From contig NC_086383.1 in assembly GCF_036588685.1 (NCBI RefSeq), positions 36,890,001 to 36,954,000 on the forward strand: a stretch of DNA of 64,000 bases. Direction: 5' to 3'. The notes under the pieces are model-generated. The model was not told the origin of the DNA, did not search any database, and was given only the letters and a program-made list of their open reading frames with translations. Source of the stretch: Mytilus trossulus (taxonomy: Eukaryota). Positions 12,598 through 26,490 of this stretch are shown in pieces. Position numbers and translations under genes: made by a program. How positions within the stretch are numbered: the stretch's first letter is position 1; every line of letters begins with the position of its first letter.

Positions 12598-13489
12598 TTA
12601 TAAAAAAAAATTTAATATTAAAACTAATGCTTTTTTTTAATTCAGATTTGTTTTTATTTGTACACTTTGTTATATTTTTTATGGTTTTTTTCAAGATTTA
12701 AAATAAACTTGAGTTATATAAATATTTACCATTGTACCCTTTCAAGACTAGTACATTTGTAGTACACAAAATTTCTATCATTACGATCTAAAACAGTCAA
12801 CTAAATATATATATGCGCTTAGGGAAGGAGTAGGAAAAAACTGAACGTTTGATATTTGTCAAAATGCCGATAGAATGCTAGATATAACAAGAGGTAAAAA
12901 GACTAGATCTAAAAGATCTAATCTATATTGTATTAGATTTAAACGTTGTCATCACAGAAGAGAAATATTTGATAACAAAATTTTGCAAAAAAATGATACA
13001 ATATATTCCATACAAAAATGAGTTTTTTTAAGAAAAAAACCGAAACAATTCAGTAAAAATATAAAAAGACTATGCAAAAAAATTGTATTAGATTTAAACA
13101 TTGACATAACAGAAGAGGAATATGTTCATAGCAACATAACAAAAGAGACATGCTATTTATTAATAATATTATCTCTTAAAGCAGTTAACTTGACTGAATT
13201 CATTAAAAAAGTATTTGCAATATAGAATAGTGCCATTAGATCAATTGAAACTCACTTGGAGATATAATGTTTCATTCTCGTTGCAGTGATAAATTCTATA
13301 TATTTATTAAATCACTGTTCTATACTACTAGATCATCTTATACATAAGAGCAATGCTACATTTTAATACAATACTAACGTACACATTTTCAATCTTATCT
13401 TTTGTAAGAGGGTCTGGAAGGAGAGTCTTCCAATTATATATTCTTTAATCTTTTAACCTATTTATTTTTATTTATTTTTTTGTGTGGCC

Positions 13490-13695
13490 ATGCCACATGT
13501 GGAGCAGAATTTGACTACCCTTCTGGGGCACCTGAGATCATCCCCAGATTTTGGTGGGGTTTGTGTTGCTCAGTCTTTAGTTTTCTATGTTTTGTCATGT
13601 GTACAGTTGTTTGTCTGTTTGTCTTTTCTAATTTGTAGCCATGGCGTTGTCAGTTTATTTTAGACTGTCCCTCTGGTACCTTCCGTCCCTCTTTA
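13490..13695. repeat. Interspersed repeat, probably Penelope-like terminal-repeat derived
   Basis: TGCCACATGTGGAGCAG..TACCCTTC.GGGGCACCTGAGATCA.CCCC...GTCCCTCTGGTA block recognised as a mussel-type repeat; short related piece at ~17705-17750. Confidence 0.45.
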
Positions 13696-15339
13696 ATTAT
13701 CAACTCTTCATTATCTCCTTCATTCTTCAACTTTAAGCTGTTTGCCTTGTGTTTTCACTTTTCTCTAAATTTGTTTTGCCAGTCATTCTGCAAATTTTGT
13801 TCTCTATTTTCTAATCTGTAAAACCCATTCAAACTCTTATGTAAATTGCACTGCTTTCGTGTATTCTTCATAATTTCATTATAACTACAATGTTATTTAA
13901 TGTAATTTCATCCTGTATGTTGGAATGTCATATCCACTTATTCATTTACAAGACGTATGTATAATCATGTTTGATATTGTTCTTATTAAACTTAATGGTA
14001 TTGAATGCAATTTAATCTGATAAAGTCTACAAGAATTTTCTAGCTGATCAGGCATAAAAGACTAATTGTGCTTCTTTTATCATCTGTTGGTTTTGTCGTC
14101 CGTCGTCGACTGTTATATTTTACCAAAATCTTCTCTGAAACTACTTCACCGATTTAACCAAACTTGACCACGATCAGAATTGAGATGCCTAGTTAAAACA
14201 TGTGACCTGTTACATCGCCTGCCAATCAAGATAGCCAACATGTTTAAATTGAACTTAGGGGTAAAATGCAAATTTGCACATTAAATAGAAAAAATGCTAT
14301 AAATCAATTCCGAACAAATTATATTTTTCGCATTACAGTGTATCAAAAATGCGTCTTCCTTTATTTATTTAGAGTTTGCTTTTTGGAGGCAATCTTCACG
14401 TTCTGTCATCAATAGTCACGTGCCAGCGTAGGCAGTATATGCCATGTCATCATCTTATTATTATTAAGTGCATTGAGAATGCGTTCAGGTGCCGCATTCT
14501 TTGAATTGATAGGGTTTATTATTGTTTTATAGTAAGTCTCTGATTTCAGATTGGTTCTCTTTCCTTAATTTGTATGGCTGTGAAAAATTTACATGAATAA
14601 CTCAGAAGCATATAAGGGAGATAACTAACCAATTTATGATGTATAGCAGTTGTTTTATTTATTTGCAACTTCTATAGCTAAAGATACTTATTTACGGCAC
14701 CCGGAAGACTGTACGTTAAAATATCTTTTACGTTTTTCTTTTTTCCTGCATCTTGATCTTGATATTTGACAAGTGCAAAAGACCTAATGAAAACCAGAAG
14801 ATGTCAATAAACCTAGACAGAGATCCCTCTCGAATATTACGATCATCTTACCCTAATTAACATCTTGTATTTCCGACACGCAAAAGTAACCACTTCCTGA
14901 ATGTATATTGAATTTTGTACATTAACTATGTCCTTGGCGACATTTGCATAGTATAAACAATTACAATATCAACGAAATAAACAAATGTTGATATAACTTA
15001 GGATGCATAACCGACGTGTTCAAAGACAGCAATGATATGTCATTTTCAAAGATAGGATTTGGTGATTTCGATGGTTGCATACATACCTACAGTGTATACA
15101 GAAATGTGTACGTAAAATCGACTTGTGAAAGTCGTAAACATCACTCAGGAAATGGGATTATCATATTTCATAAGTAGAAAAAAAGAACAACTTCTCAATC
15201 CTATATCAAACTGTGCATTTAAACATAAATGTTCAGTGAAGACAATATTTAGTCATAGAAAACAGTTTTTTTAAGTTTTCTGTGGATAATACAAAATAAA
15301 GAGGAAATGTAAATTTAATGGATTGTACAGCAGGTTACC

Positions 15340-16778
15340 ATGAATAACAGCACGATGTTTATGTCTTATCATCTTGACCAGATAAACGATGAGATGGCTA
15401 TGAATGTTCTTCCGGTCATTTTATTAATTTGCATTTATATGTTCGTTGGACTATTTGGAAATCTTCTTGTAGCGTACTATTATGGATGCTTCGTTAATCC
15501 TTCACCGTCATATTATTTTATTGTTGCCATGGCGATTTATGATATTATTTTATGCTGTGTATCAATGCCGTTAGAAATTGTGGATCTAAGATTTAGTTAT
15601 AACTTTCCAAGTGTAATAGCATGCAAAATTCTCCGGTTTGTGAACTACTTTTCTAGTACTGCGTCTGGAATAGTCTTAATTGCAGTAGCGGTCGACAGAT
15701 ATCGGAAAGTATGTCAGCCATTTAAAACTCAAATTACCATGACAACGGCGAAGATTATCATTGGAGTTTTATGTTTTGCTTCTTTATGTATTGCATGGCC
15801 AGCACTCGTTATTTACGACATCAATGTCGTAAATATATCGTCTGCACCAGGTTTGAATGGATACGATTGCACGACAATTCGAAATAAAGAATACAAAGTC
15901 TATATATCTATATATAACGGTGTTTGTTTCCTTATTTTCATTGGTTGTATAACAACTTTAATCGTTTTGTATATTCTTATTGGAAAGAAATTATTTCATC
16001 TCAAAAAGTTCCGATTTTCGGCAACTGCTCGAAAATCGGCTAACGCCAACTACACACCGCCTACAAGTGAAAGTGAAATTGATGCAAACTTCAGAAGGTT
16101 TAAGCCAGTAGTTTATGCAAAACAACCAACGAGTACATTCATACCCCTTTTGCAAATTAAAGAAACAAATAGTTTCAGCGATTTCACTGCACAGCAATCA
16201 AACAAGAAAATAAATGCTATAAATTCTACAAATATTAAAAGCAAAGTCCATGAAATATCACTAAGCAAGGAAATTGTTAATTCTTTGTATTATAAAAACG
16301 AAATGTCATCACAAGCTAATCAAGAACCAAAAGGTTTATATACATCTGATTTATCAGATTCCGACTCTGACACGAGAGGTACGAAATTGAAGAAGAAAAG
16401 AAGCATATTGCATCGACGGAAGAAGATTCGTGAACAGTACATACATTTGAGGAAATACACGTTGTTAATTTGTCAGTTAGTATGGCATTCATACTGAGTT
16501 TCCTCCCCTATCTTGGATTAATGACATGGCGGACATTGGCGCTAAAATATGAAAGGGAAATCCTATCGAAAGTAGAACTAATTCTTTTCAATATATTCCT
16601 CCGCTCATGGATGTTGAGTAGCGTGGTGAATCCGCTCATTTATGGTTTCTTCAATGCTGACTTCAGTTCATTTGTTTGTGTTCGACTGAAAAGAACACTT
16701 TGTTCGGCATGTGTAAAAGAACAGACAGATTTCGAAAATGAAACAAGAATAGAATCGTCGCATACACAAGAAATATGA
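15340..16778 (+). pseudogene. Class A GPCR paralog 3 with 1-nt frameshift at start of TM6 (recent pseudogene or sequence error)
   Basis: ORF 15340-16497 covers TM1-ICL3 and ORF 16470-16778 covers TM6-TM7 and the C-tail. Alignment to paralog 2 (TTA ATG TTT TCA GTC AGT) shows one base missing in TTA AT- TTG TCA GTT AGT (~16468-16471). Confidence 0.88.
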
Positions 16779-17210
16779 GTTAGTAAAGATAATATTTATA
16801 TAAAACTTTCGTCAGATATTTATAGACTAGAACAGCAGTTATATTTGATTGATGTTTATAAATTTTATCCATTTTTTACGGTCGCATTCATTTATTGGTT
16901 GGCCCTCAGTGAATATATTTGCCAGAAATAAACACGGATAAGTCAATATTATGGAATTATATTCGACTGTAATGTGAAAGCTAGGTTTAGCTAGCTATAA
17001 AACCAGTGAAGTCCACCATTGTCTGCATTAGAAAATGCATCTGGCAAGTCAGGATTATGAAAATTGTTTTCGTTTCGGTTTATGTGTTTAAGAATTTAAT
17101 TTTGCAATTTGATAGAGGGCTTTCGAATTTCCATGGATTCGGTATTTTTTTCTATTTTATTTTTTGATTTATTCAATCACAATCCCGTCCTCTTTTTAAC
17201 TTACATGTAT

Positions 17211-17597
17211 AAGGGAGCTGGCTTCTCAGTTTCAAAGTAATTAACTTTTCAAATCATTAGCAAATACTGATAGGGGATTAATAAAGGAATCAAAATAGCC
17301 AAAAAATATATAGGTCACCGTGCTTGTTTTCGAGCCATTGAAATATGGCGGGAAAATGTTCTCTCTTGACTTTTCATAGCTTTATCATTGACGAGTTTCA
17401 AATCCACAAATTTAAAGCTTTTAAAAAGTAAAATTTCATAAGTCTTTAACAGACAGCTTATCATTATACGTGTGAAACAATTATCAAAAGAAAAATGGGG
17501 GTCACCGGGCAAATTTTGTTAAGGCATTTAAATGGATAAAAACAGAGGATTCCAAAAATCTGACCAAATTTCCAAAACACGACAAGGCAGCTTCCTT
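17211..17597. mobile_element. Degenerate MITE
   Basis: Imperfect terminal inverted repeats AAGGGAGCTGGCTT / AAGGCAGCTTCCTT; TSD not intact. Confidence 0.4.
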
Positions 17598-20559
17598 GAG
17601 GGTGAAGACGTCACGAAATGAAAGTGGTTATAAATCTTCCATAAAAATAAGAAATATGACGAGCATAAAAAATAGTGTTGGATCTGCCAACCTTTAGCAA
17701 AGCAACTGGGATCACCCCAACTTATGGTTAGGTGTGTGTTGCTCAAAGTTTATATTATATGTACTTTTTTGTCGAATTTGTCTGCATGTTTAACTTTCGT
17801 CGTCTTTTGTTGTTTACAAGGTGTAGATTTCTTTGTCTGCATAAGTCACCTTTGTATCTTCTGGCCCTTTTTACAATTGTCGTGATTTTCTTGATAATTC
17901 ACTTGTGGATTAAACAAATGCAGAAAAACATTATGCTCTTAAATAAGAATGATATATATGTACCGGCATGTCGTTTAAAAATTACCAGAATATGTAATCA
18001 ATGTAGGAAGTGAACAGTCAATTTTTAAATTAAAACTGTCCTAATTGTTTCCTTATAATTTGATATATGGATTCATGTTTACATGAAGGATTATGTCATT
18101 GTGTTGATGCACCTAGTAAATGTAAGCTCATCATGTTCATAGTACTATAGTTTATGTACAATAAATATAACATGTGAAATGAGTGCCAATGAGACAACTC
18201 TCCATCCAAGTCACAATTTGCAAGTGTAAACAAGTATAGGTCAAAGTACGGTCTTCAACACGGCGACATGACTCACATCGAACAGCTAAATAGTTCCCCA
18301 ACAGGACTAGTGTAAAACCATTTATACAGGCAAATCAACGGCCTGATATATATGAAAAACGAGAAACGAGAAACATTTATAAACCACATCAACACAGAAC
18401 AACTACTGACTATCAGATTCATCTTAGACTAGATCCTCTGGTTCATAAACATACATGTAGGAAAAATATTTACTACAGCTATCTCATTAGCAGGATTTAC
18501 CCTCTACGCTTACTGAAGTGTGTTGAAAAAATCATATCAAGAAGCACATTTCTCTATATAAGGATATATCAACCTCAAGCTTCTAGCTTTCAGGTAATAA
18601 ATAATCATACACAAACATATGTTTTGTTCGTTTATATATCTGACCTTTTTATTCAACTCATCTAAATGAAACGGGAAGATTTTAGACACATGAGCGTGTT
18701 ATATTCGAGGGAGGTAGCTAGGTCAGTAGTTATGAAACTCTGTACAATATATGCATAACTTTGATTGGATGCTGGTCTTTAGACCATGTAATGTTCACTT
18801 ACTCAAGATGTCTTTCCGTTTTTTCTAGTCGTTGCGTGGCTGTTTAACTTAAATAATGAATGGATATTTTGTATTGATATTTTTACTTTTTATCCGAGCA
18901 TTGACCTCTGAAGTCTCAACGTTTCCACGTTCAAAGGGAGACAAATCTTGAATATTTTGAAAGACCGAAACAGTTTATACTTCAACTTGACGTTTAGTTC
19001 TGATAACGTATATTATTCACAAAACTATTTGCGCGTTTGCCTTATTTTTCGTGGCGAAAAGAAGGGTATTGAAAAAAAACCGGCTCAAAGAATCTATGCT
19101 AAATTAAAAAAAAATCAAATGTGCAATAAAACAGTTTTATTCAAAAAGGTTTTAAACATTTTGTGAACTTGATGTACAATGCTAACCTTCAATCTACTTA
19201 CATTTTGTACATGTACCACCTGATTTTATATCTGCTGATAATTTTCATTCTCCTTTGTTTATTTTTGATTGATTTTTTTCTTCCAAAAGCTTAGACTAGT
19301 ACTTTAACATTGATTTCAAGACCCATTTTTTCAAATGATACACGAGTATTTTTACCTTGATTTTTTTTAGATTGTGCACATTTTCAAAATGTGGACGAAC
19401 AATAAGATCACAAGATTGGAAATAATTACGTTGATCAAACTTGCCAAACCTAATAAGGTAAATGTTTTTTTTCAAATCGCGTTAAGACGTATCAGAAATA
19501 TGTTTCTTCGTGAACGACAGAAGCTTTGGAAACCTATGTATCTTATTATACATGTATAGATATGTCAACCTCAACATGCTCAAAGCACATGACTGTAGAG
19601 GCAGATTTAGGGGTGCAAGGGGGCCAGCCCCCCTCCTTTTTCTGGGAAAAAATTGATTGACTATATAGGAAATTACTAAAGCATGACTGGAGACTAGACC
19701 AAATCTTAGAAATTTCTGAAATACATGAGTATTTATATAATGTTATGTAATATCATCAAATACAACTTACATTTCAATATTATGAGTGAACACGAATGCG
19801 GCCACTTTTATTTAAGACGGCAACCGTCTAAAATTCAACTAAAACAAAAAAGACTTCAGTAATTTAGCATGACTTTAGGATGCTAGTACCTGACATATGT
19901 GCATTGTATTGTTAACACAGCCCATATTTATGTAGCAGACGCATTCTACTTTCCAGGATATAGCTAAAAGATTACATTTTAACAATTTTGTAAAACTGCT
20001 TTATTTTGGTGCCAAAACGGGTTCTTACTGAACCTACTGCTTTCATGAAGGTTTGACAAAATTATTGATATTAGAAATATCTTTTACCACATCTTGAACC
20101 TTCATGTTGACGCCTCCGATTAAATCTAGGTTCTCTATTTCTTGTTTTCGCGCCAAAAATATAGGCTCGGCTAAAATTCAAAGCACATAGCGAATCTCAG
20201 CTGATTATGAATTGCTTTTAACGAAAGGAAAGTTAAAAAGAATTCCCAGAAGATTCAAACTTTGACTTTCAAAAAAATAAACAAATATCTTATACGGCAC
20301 CATTTGATTGAAAGAAAATGTTGTGCCTTTTATTTGCAATTACAAGCTATTCAAGAAAGATTTGAGACTGATGGGCTTTAAACCAGATTTTATTAATTTA
20401 TTGAGATTAAAAAGATTTTTTTTACCAAAATTCAAGTGTACGCCCGGGCGTTTTGACGTAAACGTAGCTACGCGCCTGCCTTTTGAAGTTGAATGGTCGT
20501 TCCCTAATAAATTTATTCACTGGCCTTTAAAGATCAATAGCATATGCACTAGACCTACA

Positions 20560-20823
20560 TTGTATGTATCAAGAAAAGTAGCCAGAGGGAAATACCCAGG
20601 TGTAGTTATTGTAGAAACTGATTGTATTGAAAGTAAAAAAGAAATCATGAAGAATAAATCAAAGCTAAAACAAAACAGACAATTTGATCAAGTGTACATA
20701 GAAAATGATTTACCGGTCGAAACAAGAAATTTTCAAAATGCAGTCAGAACTGTGCTTAAGGAAATGGGTAAAGACAAGAAGTATATGTTTGATGGTAGTC
20801 GTCTTTTAACCAAACGCAACTAG
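20560..20823 (+). pseudogene. LINE-A ORF1 C-terminal remnant
   Basis: RKVARGKYPGVVIVE...KKEIMKNKSKLK...VYIENDL resembles the RRM/CTD end of a LINE ORF1; ends at TAG 20821-20823. Confidence 0.65.
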
Positions 20824-23800
20824 GACAAACTGCGGCTTGGGGTGTGGAATTGTAGGGGGTGGTCAGCAAAAACGAACGATAACTCTATTTTTCGAGAAAA
20901 GGTTTTAAACTTCTCAAAGTGTGACATTTTAGGAATATGCGAAACGTTTTTGAGAGGAGATGAAACACTTAGTGTAAATGGTTTTAGATTTTATGGAAAC
21001 AATAGAAAATATTTACATAGTCGAGCTACGAGAGGCTCTGCAGGAGTTGGCGCTTTTGTTAAAAATGAACTAAAGTCCATATATAATATTGATATTTTAG
21101 ATGATAACGAAGAGGGCATTTTATGGTTAGAATTTTCAGCTAAATTAGACAATATAAGTTTTTGTGTCGTAATATGTTATTTACCACCAGCTGAGTCGTG
21201 CAGGCCTGTTGATGCGGACACTTTTTTCCAAACTCTAATGCAACAAGTCTATTTATAACAACATAAAGGGAAAATTTTTATTTGTGGAGATTTTAACGCC
21301 CGTGTGGGTTGTAATTCAGATTATATAGAGGGGGTTGATTTAGTGAGACCTAGGAATGTTCTAGATCAAAAAGAAAACCACCATGGAGATACATTTATAA
21401 ATTTTCTGAGTGATACAAATTTTGGGATGTTAAATAGTCGTTTTCAAGACAGCGAATACACTTGTATTTCTACATCAGGTAGATCCGTAGTTGACTATAT
21501 TTGCGTCCCATATGAAGATCTGGATTCCATTAGCGACTTTAAAATCATATCTATGTCGGATGTAGTTAATAACATTGCTTATGTTCCAGAAAGTATCCCT
21601 GATCATTCGTTTTTGTATAGTGATATTGAAATTGAATTGAATTATAAAACAATTTCCGAAGAGCCACAATTAATACGAAAACCTAAATATAACGTGTCGA
21701 CTGTTCCAAATGACTTTCTGATGAATGAACAAATACATTCAAAGGTGATGGAAACTATTCAAAATATTGAAAATTATATAAATGTATCTAGTGATATACA
21801 AAACGCATATGACCAATTTCAAGATTTGCTTAAGTGTGAAATGAACAACAAGCTACAAATAAACACAAGTGGTATGGGTCGTAATAAAAGCACAAAATCT
21901 AGGTATAAACCTTACTGGAACGATGATTTGTCTTCACAATGGACTAAAGTGTGTGCATGTGAAAAGAAATGGTTGCGCTGTAATGGTCCGAGCGGCACAA
22001 AACAAAGATTAAAAACAGATTATTGTGTGGAAAGGAAGACATTCGATCGTCTTAACAGAAAATATAAGCGTAAACACCAAGTAACAGAGCGAAAGAAATT
22101 AGAAGAAAAACTATGTACATCAAATCAGCGCGAATTTTGGAAGTCAGTTTGTAAAATTGGAATCGCAAGTGAACGTAAACCATGTATTCCGATGGCGGTA
22201 TTAGGTCCAAATGGAAATGTAAATACGAATAAAAACGACGTTCTTAATAAATGGAAAAGTGACTTTCAAAATTTATTTCAACGCAATGATGGAGATAATA
22301 ACCAACTTAATGCATCTACTTTCAACACAGAAATAGACGTTACGCCGCTAAATCAACCTATTTCAAGAGACGAGGTCGTTAATGCCGTAATAAACGCTAA
22401 ATTACGAAAGGCCACGGGAATAGATGAAATTCCGACGGAAGTTTTGAAGAATGACGCGGCAATAGACTTACTTTATCAAATTATCAGTGGCTGCTTTAAT
22501 CTTGGAAAAGTTCCGTATCAGTGGAATAGTGGTATCATCAATCCAATTTTAAAACCAGGATCTGACGACGATAGAAATCCTATGAACTACAGGGGAATCA
22601 CTTTGGTTTCCGTGCCGTGTAAGATATATTGTTACATTTTAAACACGAGACTTAGCTCTTGGCTGGAAAATAACGAAATTCTGTGTGATGAACAAAATGG
22701 GTTCCGCCGTAACCGTAGTTGCGAAGAACATATTCACACGCTTCATTCTATTCTGAACGACAGAAAAATATCAAGAAAGTCAACTTACGTATGCTTTGTA
22801 GACATGAAGAAAGCTTTTGACACCGTTGAACATCATCTTCTGTGGTTTAAATTACAACGTGTTGGTGTCCGTGGACAGTTCTTATCTGCGATTCAATCCT
22901 TGTATAATGACCTAAAATGTACCGTTCGTATCAATAGTGACCAGACCCCTTGGTTCAGTGTAGATGCCGGTGTGAAGCAGGGCTGTATCCTATCGCCCAC
23001 TTTGTTTTCAGTTTACATCAATACTTTGGCAGATCGTATAAATTCTCTAGAATGTGGAGTGTATATTGACGATTTCCGTCTCAGTTTATTGCTCTACGCA
23101 GACGATATAGCGCTAATAGCTCCAGATAAAGAAAGTCTACAACGTATGTTAAATGAAGTAACCGAATGGTGCGCTGAATGGAAGTTATCCGTAAACATTG
23201 GCAAAACTAAAATTGTCCATTTCCATCCACAGTCATTCTTACGTTCAGATTTTACGTTTCGATGTTCTGGGGAAAATATTGACTACATTGATTCATACAA
23301 ATACCTTGGAGTGTGGATGGACGAACATTTAACTTTCGTAAAAAATGCAAAAGAACTGGTCAAAGCAGCGAGCCGTGCTTTGGGTGCTTTAATTACAAAA
23401 ACCCAATCCATGGGAGGGATGACTTTTAAAGTGTACAATAAACTGTATACGTCCGTTGTTGAACCAATTTTACTTTATGGTAGTGGTATCTGGGGCACAA
23501 AATCGTTCAGTGCCATATCAGCAGTACAAAACCAAGCATGTAAATTTTTCTTATCGGTGGGAAAGCGCACATCGAACGTAGCTTCACGCGGTGATATGGG
23601 ATGGACTTCGCCAATAACCAAACAACGAATAAATTATTGTAGACTTTTGTGCAAATTGATCCGTACTGACCAACAAAGAATTTCATACAAAACTTTTAAA
23701 TGGACGTCTAGAAGAAGAAAGGGTTGGTCATTTGAAGTGCATAAGATTGTTGACCGGATCAGACTAAAGGATCCGACGTATGACTTAACATTATCGACTA

Positions 23801-24318
23801 AATCAGTTATGCATATGATAAGTGAAAAACTATGTGAGCTGGACAACACAGAATGGTATGAAGAACTTTTTGATGACCGTCGTAATATAAAAAACGGAAA
23901 CAAATTGCGCACTTACAGATGTTATAAACAATGTGTGAAAACAGAACCTTATGTGCTTTTAAACATTTCTAAACAGGAAAGGCGTGTTATGGCTCTGTTT
24001 CGCTCCGGGGCTCTACCGCTAGCGCAAGAAACTGGCAGATACTCCAGGCCGCCTACACCCGTAGAAGATAGACTTTGTTTGTTTTGTGAAAGTTGCAGTG
24101 TAGAGACTGAAAAACATTTTCTGATGGAATGTACACTTTATGACGATATTCGGTATAACCTTTTTCATGAATGTTCAAAATTAATTCAAAATTTTTTCAG
24201 CCTTGACATAGATAACAAATTTATTGAAATTATGAACTGTTCTGATATACAATATTTCCTATGCAAATTTTTATATAAATTTTTCTGGCGAAGAAAATTG
24301 TTTAACTGCTCTTCATAA
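20824..24318 (+). pseudogene. LINE-A ORF2 (APE endonuclease + reverse transcriptase + C-terminal Cys/His motif) with one premature TAA at 21256
   Basis: WNCRG, GICET, YLPP, GDFNAR, DY and PDH APE motifs; RT QNGFR, FVDMKKAFD, GVKQG, LLYADD, YKYLG; C-terminal ETGRY..RLCxxC..E.E.HF..C..Y. ORFs 20842 and 21304 are in the same frame. Confidence 0.92.
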
Positions 24319-24871
24319 AATTTTTACTAGCGTCAGAGTTTTATTATTTTAATTTTACCAGGAAAGTCAGATTTCGACAATTTTTATATATATATATTAA
24401 TTGAATATAGTGATTTTTAATTTTAATGGTGACTTTTTTTGTGACTTGTATGTTTTTACGGAATAATATATTTGAAATTTTTATAGAATTTTAAGCTTTT
24501 TAGTGTCTCATAAGTCGTTTTTTATGGCTGGATATTGATTGTTTTATGTGTATATATTTATATAATGTTGCTTATATTTATGTCAATCAATATGTGACAC
24601 TTTAATAAACTATTCACTTACTTACTTACTATGTCAAACAAAACTAACATTAAAAGAGTGTTAACAAAATAAGATTATATAATTAAAACCTAATTAATGT
24701 GGTGCGTTTGAATGATTTTTTCTCCATCTTTTATTTACATGTCACTCCATAAAGAAAATTCAAATCAAAACATTCAAACAAAAAGAAATATACATGTTAC
24801 ACTGCAGGAGCTATATACTGTCTTGACGGTCAATTTAAAATCTATGTAAAAAGACTGTCTACAGAAGACAC

Positions 24872-24913
24872 ATCGTTTCGTCTACACAAAAAGTCTCTTC
24901 AGAAGCGCTCAAA
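24872..24913 (-). ncRNA. Degenerate hammerhead-ribozyme-like core of a Penelope-associated repeat
   Basis: Minus strand reads GAGCGCTT-CTGAAGA-GAC-TTTTTGTGTA-GAC-GAAA-CG, i.e. CUGANGA...GAAA core with a mismatched stem II. Confidence 0.4.
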
Positions 24914-26239
24914 TCTAAACAGTGGAAACTAACTCAAATACAAAATACCACGCAAGTATACGAGAGATAAACAACATCATGGTGGACATGGACATTGTGT
25001 ACTTGATAAATGAAATTGGAAAAACACATAGCAAAATATACGACAGGGTCATATTTGCAATAATTAAAAAAATGTAGTTTTTTATATGAATTGAACAGGT
25101 TTTTTTATCAATATCACAAAAATTAAAATCCCATTTTAGTCCAAAATGACAAAATCGCAATTATTACTGAATTTACAGTAATAAGAAACTAATTGTCCAA
25201 GTATTTAAGAATATTGTCCCTTTGTTTTTACTCGCAAGATGTGCAATATCAGTATGACATACTGATCGTAATGAAATTTTCAATAATACTATTAGTACAA
25301 TAACCCCAAGTTTATAAAAAGCGTGATACTATGGTCAGTTTCAGTAAGACACGACCCCATGCAGCTAGACACTGTTTGCTTAAACTTACAGATTTTAATA
25401 ATAACCCATCAGTTTATATACCTTGCTGTTCAGTTTACACTTCAAATGAAAAGACAGTCTCGTGATGGTGGATCTTATATACGGTGATTTTAATGATGGT
25501 CAATCCAATTCATACTTTCTTAAGACTGGTATTTTTAAAGAGGGGTCATTAAACCTTACAACCCTAATTCTAATCTTATATTCAATAATTTAACAGCTCT
25601 ATTCATATACGTTATGTACATGTTTAAAGATTAAATTCGGTTTTTATAATGTGTATTGCTCTGTTAAATACCAATTGAAATGTTTTTCTTTAGTTGAATA
25701 TTTTGTGAGAGTGTATGGATATGATAAAATGACATCGTAAGCTATGGAAGTACGATCTTCTCCAAACGGTAAGCTTATTTTGAAATATTCATGTTTTTTA
25801 ATATATTTTTTTTTAATTTGTTGTAGTGAATTTTATTTAAATAAATCACTTTTTTTTGTTTACTGTTTACTTTTAACTATGTCAATTAGTTAATTACAAA
25901 AAGGGGAATAACTGAATCACTATTTTTGTCATCGCTGCTCTTATGTGATAATGTATAAAAGCAAAATTGTAGGGTACAAGCATGTGAAGAGGCAATAATC
26001 TGCTTTCATGAATATAATTTTTTTTAAGTCGCACACTTAATAAGAAGTATCAAAAATTTCCTCTCAAGTTTCATCGCGGAATTAGCAAGTCTACTTATGT
26101 ATGCTGACTTAATTAAATAAACGCTAGATGTATCCGGATATGCATATGTTAGCTAAATACACAGACATAAACATCTGACAGCAAAAGTTTCGAAAGTCAG
26201 AAATATCTCATTTAATGCTTTCAAACATAATTATTGATT

Positions 26240-26490
26240 TAGCTAAATAAGCATATTTATTTAAAGTGGATTCAATCACTAACGGAAAAACAAGTTATTG
26301 CAACTTAAATTAATCCCTTTCCCCTTTGATGGTACAAGTTCTGCCTTGTAGCGGCATTAGCCTACTCTTTTTTCGAAATCTACAAGGTGGCTTTTATGTG
26401 CAAGAGATATGGCTCTGTCTTTACACGAGTCGGTCATTTATCGTCCCCCTTCGACGGACTATCATCGTTACCTCAATACCTTACTCGCAA
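26240..26490 (-). mobile_element. MetaSINE-like SINE copy 2, truncated by an adjacent hairpin element
   Basis: TGCCTTGTAGCGGCATTAGCCTACTCTTTTT and the Meta-like core are shared with 4592-4797. Confidence 0.65.

Larger units (their letters stand above)
20560..24630 (+). mobile_element. LINE-A: 5'-truncated non-LTR retrotransposon (RTE-X/L2-group-like)
   Basis: ORF1 C-terminal remnant, then APE-RT ORF2, 3' UTR, AATAAA (24604) and (CTTA)n tail at 24616-24630. The 5' boundary is approximate. Confidence 0.9.

Noticed and set aside
12927-13125. ~42-bp direct repeat pair (also 41600-41710)
   Set aside because: Small local duplications with no further structure.
20308-20559. N-terminal half of the 171-aa ORF as a real gene
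   Set aside because: TTG start and runs through MITE-derived flank; only the 3' part resembles LINE ORF1.
21256-21258. TAA in LINE-A (and TAG at 46001 in LINE-B) as programmed readthrough
   Set aside because: They fall inside ORF2 (within or just after the APE domain), not at an ORF boundary, and are one substitution from TAY (Tyr) or CAG (Gln); best read as copy-specific nonsense mutations.
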